Below are positions 7,823 to 16,802 of a stretch of DNA of 64,000 nucleotides, piece after piece; position 1 is the first letter of the stretch; each line of letters begins with the position of its first letter. Below the pieces are notes generated by a model, which was not told where the DNA came from, ran no database searches, and saw only the letters and a list, made by a program, of their open reading frames with translations. This DNA comes from a virus (lineage: Duplodnaviria > Heunggongvirae > Uroviricota > Caudoviricetes): positions 1-64,000 of IMG/VR virus record IMGVR_UViG_3300045988_137643, one strand, 5' to 3'. The position numbers and the translations under genes are program-made.

Positions 7823-8347
7823 TCAAAAAGGCAAAATTCGCTCAACCCAATCGAACAAAACAACTATTTTTCTACCGTTCTCGACACGTAGTGTAACCTG
7901 ACAAGCATCTGCGCCTGCTGACACCCCCTCAATTTCACGGCCATCCGCCATGTACACCCTTATAGATTTGTTTGCTTTGTAGGCTTGGTTGCAAATTGCA
8001 AAAAAATCGCGGCGTGATGGCCGATTATCGACATAATCAGGGTGAACTGTTAGTCGACCTTTGAAATCGTGAGCGATACTGTCAACCACACCTGATTCAA
8101 TTGTACTAATGCGTTCAAGTGGGAGCCTTATGCGATTTTCTTTATCAAAAGGGGCTGGGCAAAGGTCAACTTTGTTACGAGATGGCATGAGGCCATAAAC
8201 GTACATGCAAAACGCCTGACCATCTTCGAGAGTGGCCCTTACAGGAATTTGTTCTCTGCGCCAGAACATCAGTAGTTTTTCAACGTTAGTGTAATCTCGA
8301 GGCCAGACTTCTGCTGGCACACCGTAGGTGATGTCTTTCGTCGTCAT
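7823..8347 (-). CDS. hypothetical protein
   Basis: ORF track 7823..8386 shortened to Met 14 (8347) to remove overlap with the upstream lipoprotein gene. Confidence 0.5.
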   Translation of the reverse strand: MTTKDITYGVPAEVWPRDYTNVEKLLMFWRREQIPVRATLEDGQAFCMYVYGLMPSRNKVDLCPAPFDKENRIRLPLERISTIESGVVDSIAHDFKGRLTVHPDYVDNRPSRRDFFAICNQAYKANKSIRVYMADGREIEGVSAGADACQVTLRVENGRKIVVLFDWVERILPF

Positions 8348-8351
8348 ATCA

Positions 8352-8771
8352 TTATAAAGTGGTTGGCAATATATCCATTGTACCATCCCAGGTAGTGAAA
8401 ACCCGATATGTTTTCGCGTCGCCTTGCTTTAGTTTTATTTCTCGCTCCATCCTGGAGGGGTTAAATGCGCAAAGACCTGAACTTTCAATTGATGTCCCAA
8501 CGATCCAATCTCCTTCATTAAGATAGAAAGTTGCTTTTTCACCAGGTTCCAATTTTGCTGCCGTTTCTCCATTGATGAATATAGAAGCGTTACATCCAGA
8601 ACCAACCAGCCCTTTGTCTCTAACTATTGTTAGACTAGACTCATGTGGTGTTTGATATTTAAATGTTCTGCTTTGAGGTGCATACTTTGCCTTTGAAACA
8701 GATATAGATGAAGATGAACACCCAATTAGTGATGTGGCTAGTGTTAGAATAATTAGGTTTGTTGCTTTCAT
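8352..8771 (-). CDS. lipoprotein
   Basis: signal peptide with lipobox LIGC (MKATNLIILTLATSLIGC). Confidence 0.6.
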   Translation of the reverse strand: MKATNLIILTLATSLIGCSSSSISVSKAKYAPQSRTFKYQTPHESSLTIVRDKGLVGSGCNASIFINGETAAKLEPGEKATFYLNEGDWIVGTSIESSGLCAFNPSRMEREIKLKQGDAKTYRVFTTWDGTMDILPTTL

Positions 8772-8798
8772 ATTTGTCTGGCTATGATTAATGGATGG

Positions 8799-9341
8799 TT
8801 ACACGTTAACTTGGGTTCTATTGTAAATATCTATTAAGAGGTCGTCCCTTTTTATATCTCCGCAGATTTTGTTGAAATTTAATTCGCCTGATATTATTCC
8901 TTCATTGTATTTTTCGATGAAATCTTTCAATGCGAGATGATTCTTAAAGAGAAACGAAAATCCATAGGACGAAGTGCTATCGTTTATCAGTTTTTGAGCA
9001 TTTGGGTAATCGTATAAGTTTGAATGCAACTCTAATTTACCTGGAGCTACGCCGACACAGGATTTCATAATGGAGAACAGTCTTGATATATCATAGGGAT
9101 AAAAGATAATACCGCAATTTGTCTTGGTACCTTCAATATCCTTTACGTATATATAGTGCTCATAACGATCTTTGCGCGAAGCCTTTAGTTTATATTTGAT
9201 GAGTTTGTGCTCTCCTTTTTGAGAAGATGTTAGGTACGCCTGCTTTTCTAAACAAGACTGCTTTGATTTACAATAGATATGAACACATTCCTTTATTCGC
9301 CTTGCACTTAAGTAATTACTATCAATGTCAAGTACACCCAT
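8799..9341 (-). CDS. hypothetical protein, first gene of A+T-rich island
   Basis: ORF track, 180 aa; visibly A+T-rich coding sequence; CRP-like site and a 16-bp palindrome in its upstream region. Confidence 0.5.
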   Translation of the reverse strand: MGVLDIDSNYLSARRIKECVHIYCKSKQSCLEKQAYLTSSQKGEHKLIKYKLKASRKDRYEHYIYVKDIEGTKTNCGIIFYPYDISRLFSIMKSCVGVAPGKLELHSNLYDYPNAQKLINDSTSSYGFSFLFKNHLALKDFIEKYNEGIISGELNFNKICGDIKRDDLLIDIYNRTQVNV

Positions 9342-9432
9342 TCACACCTCCGGCTATAAACATTGATAAGCCTACAAATATCATTCAGCCAATCAAGAAC
9401 TTTTTTCAGCCGGAGACTTATGCGGTTAAAAA

Positions 9433-9448
9433 TGTGACAAATGTCACA
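9433..9448. promoter_or_regulatory. CRP-type site TGTGA-N6-TCACA
   Basis: AAATGTGACAAATGTCACATGA matches the TGTGA-N6-TCACA core exactly; about 100 bp upstream of minus-strand start codon at 9341. Confidence 0.5.
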
Positions 9449-9524
9449 TGAGAATGCCCTGTTGGACACTATCGTAGTCTATTAATCATTCAATGTTTGT
9501 CTTGATTAAATTCATTCTCTAGGC

Positions 9525-9540
9525 CACATCAATTGATGTG
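9525..9540. promoter_or_regulatory. perfect 16-bp palindrome CACATCAATTGATGTG
   Basis: perfect inverted repeat in the 250-bp intergenic region upstream of 8799..9341. Confidence 0.45.
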
Positions 9541-9595
9541 CTCCTTTTACAAGTAAGCACATCTTGGAATTGGCGGATGGAGGGAATGCGAAATG

Positions 9596-9874
9596 TTATG
9601 GCAGTTTGCTTAGAATTTGTTCTAGGTCTTCCTTTGTCATATTAGAGTTTTCATAGATGCGCATGATTTTCTCACGAGCCTTAGCAGAGACTCCAACGGC
9701 AGAGGAAACTTTATCAAACTCAGCCATCGTCATCGCCTCTAGGATGGTATTGATAACTTCAGCCTTAGACATTTTGATGTTTTTTTCTTTTAGTTTCATT
9801 TGAAACTTTCCAAGTTTGTCATTGGCCTTATCAGACAATGCCACCTGACAATAAGTTGTTTTCTTTTCGCTCAT
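9596..9874 (-). CDS. small hypothetical protein, possibly DNA-binding
   Basis: ORF track, 92 aa, Lys-rich; immediately downstream of the helicase gene on the same strand. Confidence 0.45.
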   Translation of the reverse strand: MSEKKTTYCQVALSDKANDKLGKFQMKLKEKNIKMSKAEVINTILEAMTMAEFDKVSSAVGVSAKAREKIMRIYENSNMTKEDLEQILSKLP

Positions 9875-9876
9875 AA

Positions 9877-11436
9877 CTAATCTCGTTTCAGAACTCCAAA
9901 ATCGAATGCGCCATCAATAGGCAATACACCTTCTGCAAAGCCAGGTGTGGTGTCGATGATGTGTTTTCGCTCATAAGAGTGAGACAACAGATATTTGTTG
10001 CTAATGTCAATAAAATCAGTGATAAAACATACGTTTGCCTGATTCTTCTTGGCTCGTAAGCCACGACCGACACGCTGCCTCATTTCAACTTCTGCTTTCC
10101 CACCACCAGCAAGAATGACCGCACCAACGCTTGGCACATCAACACCGACATCCAGAATAGTCGAGCCTATTAAAACATCTATTTCTCCAGACGCTAAACT
10201 GTTCAGCTTTGCTTGCCTTGTCGCCTGGTTAGATTCCCCATAGATGAAGTCAACTCTAAGGCCGGACTCTTTCATCATTTCCATCAGGATTTGCCCGTGG
10301 CGTTTAAGGCGAACCAGAGTCATACAATTGAGAGAATGTTGCTTATAGAGCAATGCTTCGCGAACAATGGCCTCGTTACGTCCCAAATTATACACGATCC
10401 CCAACTGATAAGCCTTTTGGTAGGCAGTACTCATACCTACTCTAAAATTGAGGTGTTTGTTGGCAAGTTCTGCCTTGATTCTGGCCTCGTCTGGTTTGTA
10501 GGCAACTTTATGATAAAGGAAGTACGGCTTTGCCAGAATGCCTCGATCAATCAGGTACTTTTCTGTGACTTTAATTTCAATTCGCCCGGCCACCGCCATC
10601 AGGCGCATGTTGGCTTCCGTCGAATCCTTCATGAACGGCGTGGCTGTAAGCGCCAGACGATAGTCTGCGTTCACACATAATCTGGCGATGTCATAGAAAT
10701 TTGAGCCTGAAGACTCATGCGCCTCTTCCAGAATAAGAAGAGAGACACTTGAAAGGAAGCGTTTCACCAACTCCCGACGTTTGAGGTGGTAGCTTTTCTT
10801 ATCTGGTGTTGCATCGCGTGGTGGTTCTTCGAGGAAACTTGCAAGAGTTTGAACTGTAGCGACGTTGATATGTCGTGATACCTGGAACTCACCCGAGCCA
10901 ATGACTCCAACCTTTTGGTCTTTTAACCACGGTTCGCCATTTTCGGCGCGGTAGTCGATGGATCTCTGGAAGTTATCGGCCATCTGAAACATCAGAACAG
11001 ATCGGGTTGTTAAAAATAATGTCATTCGACCGATACGTGCAGCTGCTTTGCAGGCAACGTTAGATTTCCCGCCACCAGTAGCGATCTGCGCAATCATCAT
11101 TCCCTCGCGAACTAGTGTTTCCACAGCCTGATCCTGATACGCATAATCAGGATTGTATGGGAATGGGTTAACCGCCGGATTTGGCTTTCCAAGCGCCGGG
11201 ACTTTGTCTTTGCGGATATGAACACATTTGATGCCCGCCTTGTTCAAGTTCGCCACTACAGGCTTGGCAAAGCCAGCAGGGAACGAGTTTTTACTCCAGT
11301 TGAACATCGTGCTTGTGCCCTTCCAGTCGCCAGTCTCGACTTCGTAGCTCAACATTTGCTGCACCAGTTGCTTTACCTTGTCATCTGCGCCAGAAATAAG
11401 CGCATTAACTGCGTTAGATACAATCCGAACAGTCAT
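9877..11436 (-). CDS. superfamily-2 helicase (DEAH-type)
   Basis: motif I TGGGKS, motif II LILEEAHE, motif III TATP, motif VI QRVGRGLR; GAGG RBS. Confidence 0.75.
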   Translation of the reverse strand: MTVRIVSNAVNALISGADDKVKQLVQQMLSYEVETGDWKGTSTMFNWSKNSFPAGFAKPVVANLNKAGIKCVHIRKDKVPALGKPNPAVNPFPYNPDYAYQDQAVETLVREGMMIAQIATGGGKSNVACKAAARIGRMTLFLTTRSVLMFQMADNFQRSIDYRAENGEPWLKDQKVGVIGSGEFQVSRHINVATVQTLASFLEEPPRDATPDKKSYHLKRRELVKRFLSSVSLLILEEAHESSGSNFYDIARLCVNADYRLALTATPFMKDSTEANMRLMAVAGRIEIKVTEKYLIDRGILAKPYFLYHKVAYKPDEARIKAELANKHLNFRVGMSTAYQKAYQLGIVYNLGRNEAIVREALLYKQHSLNCMTLVRLKRHGQILMEMMKESGLRVDFIYGESNQATRQAKLNSLASGEIDVLIGSTILDVGVDVPSVGAVILAGGGKAEVEMRQRVGRGLRAKKNQANVCFITDFIDISNKYLLSHSYERKHIIDTTPGFAEGVLPIDGAFDFGVLKRD

Positions 11437-11482
11437 AAACCTCTTTCCTTAGTGCCTTTTGTATGTTATTTGGCTATTATAA

Positions 11483-11500
11483 TAAGTAAGTAGTTACTTA
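11483..11500. promoter_or_regulatory. family B palindrome TAAGTAA-GTAG-TTACTTA in divergent helicase/ParB-like intergenic region
   Basis: 7-bp arms, 4-bp spacer. Confidence 0.55.
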
Positions 11501-11518
11501 GTGGATTGTAGCAATAAA

Positions 11519-12199
11519 ATGGATGTAAAAATCACGATTTTGCAGGTTGATGTTGCCAACCTTCGCCCGAATACCTGGAACACCAATTCGGTTGGTGCGC
11601 AGAATTTTGAAAAACTGAAAGGTTCTATCGAAAAATTGGGCTTTTTTAAGCCAATTTTGGCTCGTGAACTTGAAGATGGATGTTTTGAAATCCTCGGCGG
11701 CGAACATCGCTGGCGTGCTGCTATTGAGCAAGGAATTTCAACGGTTCCGGTGCTTTCTGTGGGCAAAATTAGCGATGTCGTGGCTAAACAGATGTCACTG
11801 GTGGACAACGAGCGATACGGTGAAGACGACCAAATCGCATTGCAACGCTTCATTGAAGAAATTCAGTCAGAACTTGACTATCAACTGTCTGAAATCGCCC
11901 CGTATGACGACGAAATCTCGATGGTTTTAGCAAAAGAGGCGGCAATCGACCTTGAAGCACTGGAGGCGTTGTCTCGTGGTAGTGATGAGCCTGTCGATAC
12001 CGACAAACGAGAGAAAACCGAACGTGTGGGTGCGGAACATCAGACCATGCGCTTCAAAGTAACTTTCGATGCGTCAGATCGTGTTGCAGAAACCATAAAA
12101 AACATCATCAAAGAGCAGGCTATTAACACCGGTAATGAAATGGAGAACGCTGGTGAGGCTCTGGTGTGGCTGGTCGACTACTACAAGGAGCGTATGTAA
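11519..12199 (+). CDS. ParB N-terminal-domain (ParB/Srx fold) protein
   Basis: ParB box GGEHRWRAA; start moved to ATG 11519; palindrome 11483-11500 upstream. Confidence 0.7.
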   Translation: MDVKITILQVDVANLRPNTWNTNSVGAQNFEKLKGSIEKLGFFKPILARELEDGCFEILGGEHRWRAAIEQGISTVPVLSVGKISDVVAKQMSLVDNERYGEDDQIALQRFIEEIQSELDYQLSEIAPYDDEISMVLAKEAAIDLEALEALSRGSDEPVDTDKREKTERVGAEHQTMRFKVTFDASDRVAETIKNIIKEQAINTGNEMENAGEALVWLVDYYKERM

Positions 12200-12867
12200 T
12201 GACCAAAAAGTTTGAAATCGTATATCGCGACCCGGCAGATCTTATTCCCTATGAGATGAATGCCAAAAAGCATGATGAACAGCAGATCCGAGATCTGGCC
12301 GCAGCCATTAAAAAGCGCGGGTTTGACCAGCCAATTACGGTCGATAAGAACGACGTAATTATTACTGGCCACGGCCGCCGTGAGGCTGCAATTTTTGCTG
12401 GACTTGAGCGCGTACCGGTTATTGTTCGCGATGATCTCAGTGATGACGAGGTTCGTGCGAAGCGCCTTGAAGATAACCGACTTGCCAGCATTGATTACGA
12501 TGCAATTAAGCTACAGAAAGAGCTTGAGTCGCTTGTTCTGGACGATATCGAGGTTTTCGGCTTTGAAGAGCGTGAGTTGAATGTTCTCGTTGGCAGCATG
12601 ACAGAAGAAATGGACACCGACTCGCTAGTTATCGATCTTGGCGAAGAAACTAAACGACAGAAGGATGAACACACCGAGATCAGTCGTGAAGTTGCAGCGG
12701 AAGAAGTACGTGTTGTCGACGTATTGGGCTTTAAAACGCTCCCTGCTGGCTCTGCCATTGTTGTTGGTGATTTGCTTGCCCACATGGAAGAAATGACGGG
12801 AGAAAGCGGGGTAGACGCATTTGTGGCATATGCGGAGAAGATCTCTTCCGGGGAGATGGCTGCATGA
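12199..12867 (+). CDS. second ParB N-terminal-domain protein
   Basis: motif ITGHGRREAA; start ATG 12199 overlaps the previous stop (TAATG) with AAGGAG RBS. Confidence 0.7.
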   Translation: MTKKFEIVYRDPADLIPYEMNAKKHDEQQIRDLAAAIKKRGFDQPITVDKNDVIITGHGRREAAIFAGLERVPVIVRDDLSDDEVRAKRLEDNRLASIDYDAIKLQKELESLVLDDIEVFGFEERELNVLVGSMTEEMDTDSLVIDLGEETKRQKDEHTEISREVAAEEVRVVDVLGFKTLPAGSAIVVGDLLAHMEEMTGESGVDAFVAYAEKISSGEMAA

Positions 12868-13529
12868 GCAAATACATCATCAACGTATCGTTTCAGACAC
12901 GCGTAAATAAAACCACGCGCACGTTGGAAATCGCTGAGTCGTTCGGGCTTGGCCTGGACGAAAAAGAGTGGACGCTTTACGACAATCTGGAGCTGGAAGT
13001 GAAGCAGGGCGATGTGGTGTACATCACCGGCCAATCCGGTTCCGGCAAATCCGTTGTGCTGCGCGAGTTGCAACGACAGATGAAGGATGAAGGGCTGTCT
13101 GTAGCCTCCATCGATGATTTTACCTTCGATAATGAGGTTAACGTCATCGATCAGTTGGGCAAAACGACCAGTGATGCGCTTGGGTTGTTATCTATGGCTG
13201 GTCTGAACGATGCATATCTGTTTGTTCGCAAGCCTTCTGAAATGTCAGACGGCCAGAAATATCGTCTCAAGATTGCCAAACTGATTGAGTCAGGCGCTAA
13301 AGTGTGGGCTGCTGACGAGTTCGGCGCTGTTCTCGACCGTGTAACCGCTCAGGTTGTGGCGTCTAACCTCCAGCGTGCCGCTCGAAAGGTTGGTGCGACG
13401 GTAATGGTGGCGACGACTCACGAAGACCTGAAGAACGCGCTGCGCCCGGATATGCAGATCACCAAGCACTACAAAGAACGCGTGAAGGTGGAATATCACA
13501 ATGGTAGTCACGATGAGGTCCATTCATGA
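12864..13529 (+). CDS. P-loop NTPase
   Basis: Walker A GQSGSGKS, Walker B-like VWAADEFG; ATGA start/stop overlap with upstream gene. Confidence 0.65.
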   Translation: MSKYIINVSFQTRVNKTTRTLEIAESFGLGLDEKEWTLYDNLELEVKQGDVVYITGQSGSGKSVVLRELQRQMKDEGLSVASIDDFTFDNEVNVIDQLGKTTSDALGLLSMAGLNDAYLFVRKPSEMSDGQKYRLKIAKLIESGAKVWAADEFGAVLDRVTAQVVASNLQRAARKVGATVMVATTHEDLKNALRPDMQITKHYKERVKVEYHNGSHDEVHS

Positions 13530-14416
13530 CGGACATCATCATTAAACGCTACCGCCCTGAAGAGTTTCCGCGTCATCTGGACTTTCTGGAGCGAATGACT
13601 GTTACAAAGGGAACTGTAGAGGACTGGCACGCTCTTAAGTCGCTTCACTACAAAACAGACGGCAAACCTTTCGCGCCAACTTACTATCGCTGCGAACTTG
13701 ATGACCGTCTGGTGGGCGTCGTGGTTATGGCTTACCCGAAACTACTGTTGGCACCTCGCCACCGCATGTTTCCTAAGTTGAAACCAACCACTAATACCAC
13801 CGTGGCTAACCAGTACTGGGGTCGGTACGTGAATAACAACTTTGCGGTGATCAGTCGCTCAGTTGTGGATACTCAGTATCGTGGCGTAGGCGTCTCTTAT
13901 CGAATGATTAACCTGGTTAGCAGGATGCATGACCGGCCAATCATTGAGATCCAGTCCTCGATGAGCAAATACAATCCCTTCGCCATGAAAGCAGGGTTTA
14001 AGTTCATCCGCCCTGAGCGACCGAAGAGCTATGAAAGTGCACTGCGTGTATTCCAGCGCCATTTCCGTTCCGACCCGGGTGATAACGAGGCGATCGTCAA
14101 AGAGTTGTTCGCAATGAGCGAGTCTCGTCGTCGCCGTGCACTGCGTGATCTGGTGGCGGACTACCACAAGAACAGTTCCCTGGCAAAAGCTGGGCGGAAT
14201 CGTGGCACGACGATTCAGGACATTGCCGACAGTCTGGTGGACGAGGCCAGCATTGTGAAGCTGCTCAAGGACATTCACAACCTGAGCTTTACGTCTCCGT
14301 TATATGGTGTGTATCGAAACCCTGACTTTGGTCGTCGACTGCCTGACACGCTGCCACTGCTGGCATTCGACAAACAACCTTTGGATAAACCGTTGGAAAT
14401 TGCTTTACCGGCATAA
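13526..14416 (+). CDS. GNAT-fold acetyltransferase-like protein
   Basis: QYRGVGVS (Q/RxxGxG/A motif A) and NPFAMKAGFKFI motif-B-like segment; ATGA overlap with upstream ATPase gene. Confidence 0.5.
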   Translation: MTDIIIKRYRPEEFPRHLDFLERMTVTKGTVEDWHALKSLHYKTDGKPFAPTYYRCELDDRLVGVVVMAYPKLLLAPRHRMFPKLKPTTNTTVANQYWGRYVNNNFAVISRSVVDTQYRGVGVSYRMINLVSRMHDRPIIEIQSSMSKYNPFAMKAGFKFIRPERPKSYESALRVFQRHFRSDPGDNEAIVKELFAMSESRRRRALRDLVADYHKNSSLAKAGRNRGTTIQDIADSLVDEASIVKLLKDIHNLSFTSPLYGVYRNPDFGRRLPDTLPLLAFDKQPLDKPLEIALPA

Positions 14417-14425
14417 GGATTTGCC

Positions 14426-14692
14426 ATGACGTTAACCGATAAACAAAAGGACATCATCAAAACGCTCAATCTCGGTTATGAGCGAGGTCATCTACTTGAT
14501 CTGGACGAATTGCTTGAAGTTTTGCCGTACAAGACAACAAAGCAAAGTATCCAGTTCTCAATTCGCGCTCTGATAAAAAAGGGGCTGGTGGAGAAAGGGC
14601 ATACGCGCCAACGCAGTGACAATCGCTATCACCGCAGGACTCTTGGGTTAACCACTTTAGGTCGAGCCAAAGCGAAGTTACTGGTGATGTAA
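14426..14692 (+). CDS. small basic protein, possible winged-helix DNA binder
   Basis: ORF track, 88 aa; AAGGA RBS; followed by large palindrome 14717-14771. Confidence 0.45.
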   Translation: MTLTDKQKDIIKTLNLGYERGHLLDLDELLEVLPYKTTKQSIQFSIRALIKKGLVEKGHTRQRSDNRYHRRTLGLTTLGRAKAKLLVM

Positions 14693-14716
14693 TCGGTCTG
14701 GGAGCTTATTTAAAGA

Positions 14717-14771
14717 CCTGCTTCTGTATATATAAATAATAAGTAACTTATTAAATATATACGGAAGCAGG
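14717..14771. repeat. large (~55 bp) palindromic hairpin element with 17-bp perfect core TAATAAGTAACTTATTA; copy 1
   Basis: outer stem CCTGCTTCTGTATATAT/ATATATACGGAAGCAGG around the core; near-identical copy at 46136-46190. Confidence 0.75.
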
Positions 14772-14834
14772 CTTAGTAAGACATGCCAGACCTAATTAAA
14801 CACCCCAGAAAACAAGTTGGTTAGCAGATGCAGT

Positions 14835-14847
14835 AAACAAGTTGTTT
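14835..14847. promoter_or_regulatory. family A palindrome AAACAA-G-TTGTTT upstream of terS
   Basis: perfect 6+1+6 inverted repeat; weaker copy at 14808-14822. Confidence 0.55.
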
Positions 14848-14887
14848 TAGAGCGCATGGACGCGCTCTGTGTGTTTTAGAGGGATCT

Positions 14888-15520
14888 ATGACGGTCGAAA
14901 AAGACGAGGTAAAAACTCGCCTGACACCAGCGGAGTGGGCCGAAGCTGAAGCCAAATGGACGTCAGGCGAATATACACTCTCAAAGCTGGAGGAAGAGTA
15001 CGGCATTCGTCGTGAAACACTCTCCAGACATTTCAAAAAGCGAGGATTAGAGAAAGGCGCGGACTCTGTTGGGAAGATGGTTCGTGAGTCTCTTAAATCT
15101 GACGCAGAGCTTCGCGCTAAAGCCCGTGCGGAAAAGATAGAAGAACGTCGTACACGTTATGACGGCTGGGCGTATGCGTTGGGGCAGATGGTGATGGTCG
15201 AAGTCACTACGGCCAAACGTGATGGTAAGCCTTTAGGGGCGATTGAGGATTCTCTCAAGAGCTTACAGAGAGCCAGTAATACCCTTGCAAAATGCTTTGA
15301 AGTTTCGTCCAAAGCATTGGGCATGGATCATGCGGAAAATGACGAGGAAGAAATTCCGAACCTGGTATTTGGTGAGCTTACGCCTTCCCAGGTGGCGAAA
15401 TTACGTCAGGAAGACGACGAGCCTGAAATCATCGATGACGAATTGCTTGAGACGTTGGAAGAAGAAGCTCTAAGCGAATTTGATGCGACAGATGATGGAA
15501 GTGAAGGGGAGGACGAATAA
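14888..15520 (+). CDS. terS: terminase small subunit (putative)
   Basis: position immediately upstream of the large terminase with ATGA-type overlap; HTH-like N-terminus and highly acidic C-terminus. Confidence 0.6.
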   Translation: MTVEKDEVKTRLTPAEWAEAEAKWTSGEYTLSKLEEEYGIRRETLSRHFKKRGLEKGADSVGKMVRESLKSDAELRAKARAEKIEERRTRYDGWAYALGQMVMVEVTTAKRDGKPLGAIEDSLKSLQRASNTLAKCFEVSSKALGMDHAENDEEEIPNLVFGELTPSQVAKLRQEDDEPEIIDDELLETLEEEALSEFDATDDGSEGEDE

Positions 15521-16776
15521 TGGCAATCCCATCCTCGCTCAGTCTTGTGCAACTGCATTCTGGACAGATGAAAGTCTTCCAGTCTCCGCATCGATTTAAA
15601 GTTGTTTGTGCTGGTCGACGCTGGGGAAAATCCCGGTTGTCGATCTCCACTATTATTCGTGCGGCGGCAAAGGAAAAAAAGCAAAGGGTCTGGTATGTCG
15701 CTCCTACTTACCAGATGGCTCGCCAGATTTTGTGGGACGATCTACAGGAAGTTCTGCCTCGTAAGTGGGTTAGGAAAAAGAACGACACCACGATGACAAT
15801 CGTGTTGAAGAACGGTTCGGAGATCGCCCTCAAAGGTGCTGATAAGCCTGACACTCTGCGCGGCGTAGCGTTGCATTTTGTAGTGCTTGATGAATTTCAG
15901 GATATGAAGGCTGACACCTGGTACAAGGTGTTACGACCTACTCTTTCATCGACACGCGGCGGTGCACTGATCATTGGTACGCCAAAAGGCTTCTCGGAAT
16001 TTCACAAACTGTGGACTATAGGCCAGAACGTAGAGCTGCAAAGAAAGGGACAGTGGAAGAGCTGGCAGTTTGTAACTGCTGATTCTCCGTTTGTGCCTAC
16101 GGCGGAAATTGAAGCTGCTAAGAACGATATGGACCCTAAATCGTTCGCTCAGGAGTACCTGGCCAGCTTTGAAAATATGTCCGGGCGCGTTTACTACCCG
16201 TTCGATCGTAACGTGCATGTAAAACCGCTTCAGTTCAACCCTCGGTTGCCTATATGGGTAGGGCAGGACTTCAACATTGACCCGATGTCTTCCGTAATTT
16301 TGCAACCTCAGCCAAACGGTGAGCTATGGGCAATTGATGAACTGGTACTCTTTTCCTCTAACACGGCAGAGGTTTGTGATGAGCTTGAGAGACGCTTCTG
16401 GCGCTGGAAATCACAGATAACGGTATTTCCAGATCCGGCAGGTGCTTATCGCCAACATGCTCGCGGGGAGTCTGACGTCGACATATTCAAAGAGAAGGGA
16501 TTCTTACGTGTCGATTATTCGAAAAAGCACCCGCCAATTGCGGATCGTGTTAATGCTGTTAACCGAATGCTGATGACCGCATCTGGAGATATCCGGTTGT
16601 ATATCGATCCGAAGTGCAAGCATTTGATTGATTCACTGGAAAAAGTCATCTACAAGCCTGGAACACGAGATATGGATAAGACAGGTGGCATTGAGCATAG
16701 TGCAGACGCATTGGGCTATCCAGTACATCGTAGGTATCCAGTCAAAAACCGTGTTATTCTTGGTGGCTCTCGATAG
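15520..16776 (+). CDS. terL: terminase large subunit
   Basis: N-terminal ATPase with deviant Walker A CAGRRWGKS and VVLDEFQD Walker B; followed by portal gene. Confidence 0.85.
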   Translation: MAIPSSLSLVQLHSGQMKVFQSPHRFKVVCAGRRWGKSRLSISTIIRAAAKEKKQRVWYVAPTYQMARQILWDDLQEVLPRKWVRKKNDTTMTIVLKNGSEIALKGADKPDTLRGVALHFVVLDEFQDMKADTWYKVLRPTLSSTRGGALIIGTPKGFSEFHKLWTIGQNVELQRKGQWKSWQFVTADSPFVPTAEIEAAKNDMDPKSFAQEYLASFENMSGRVYYPFDRNVHVKPLQFNPRLPIWVGQDFNIDPMSSVILQPQPNGELWAIDELVLFSSNTAEVCDELERRFWRWKSQITVFPDPAGAYRQHARGESDVDIFKEKGFLRVDYSKKHPPIADRVNAVNRMLMTASGDIRLYIDPKCKHLIDSLEKVIYKPGTRDMDKTGGIEHSADALGYPVHRRYPVKNRVILGGSR

Positions 16777-16802
16777 GTAAGTAATTATCTAAGGTTATTC
16801 AA

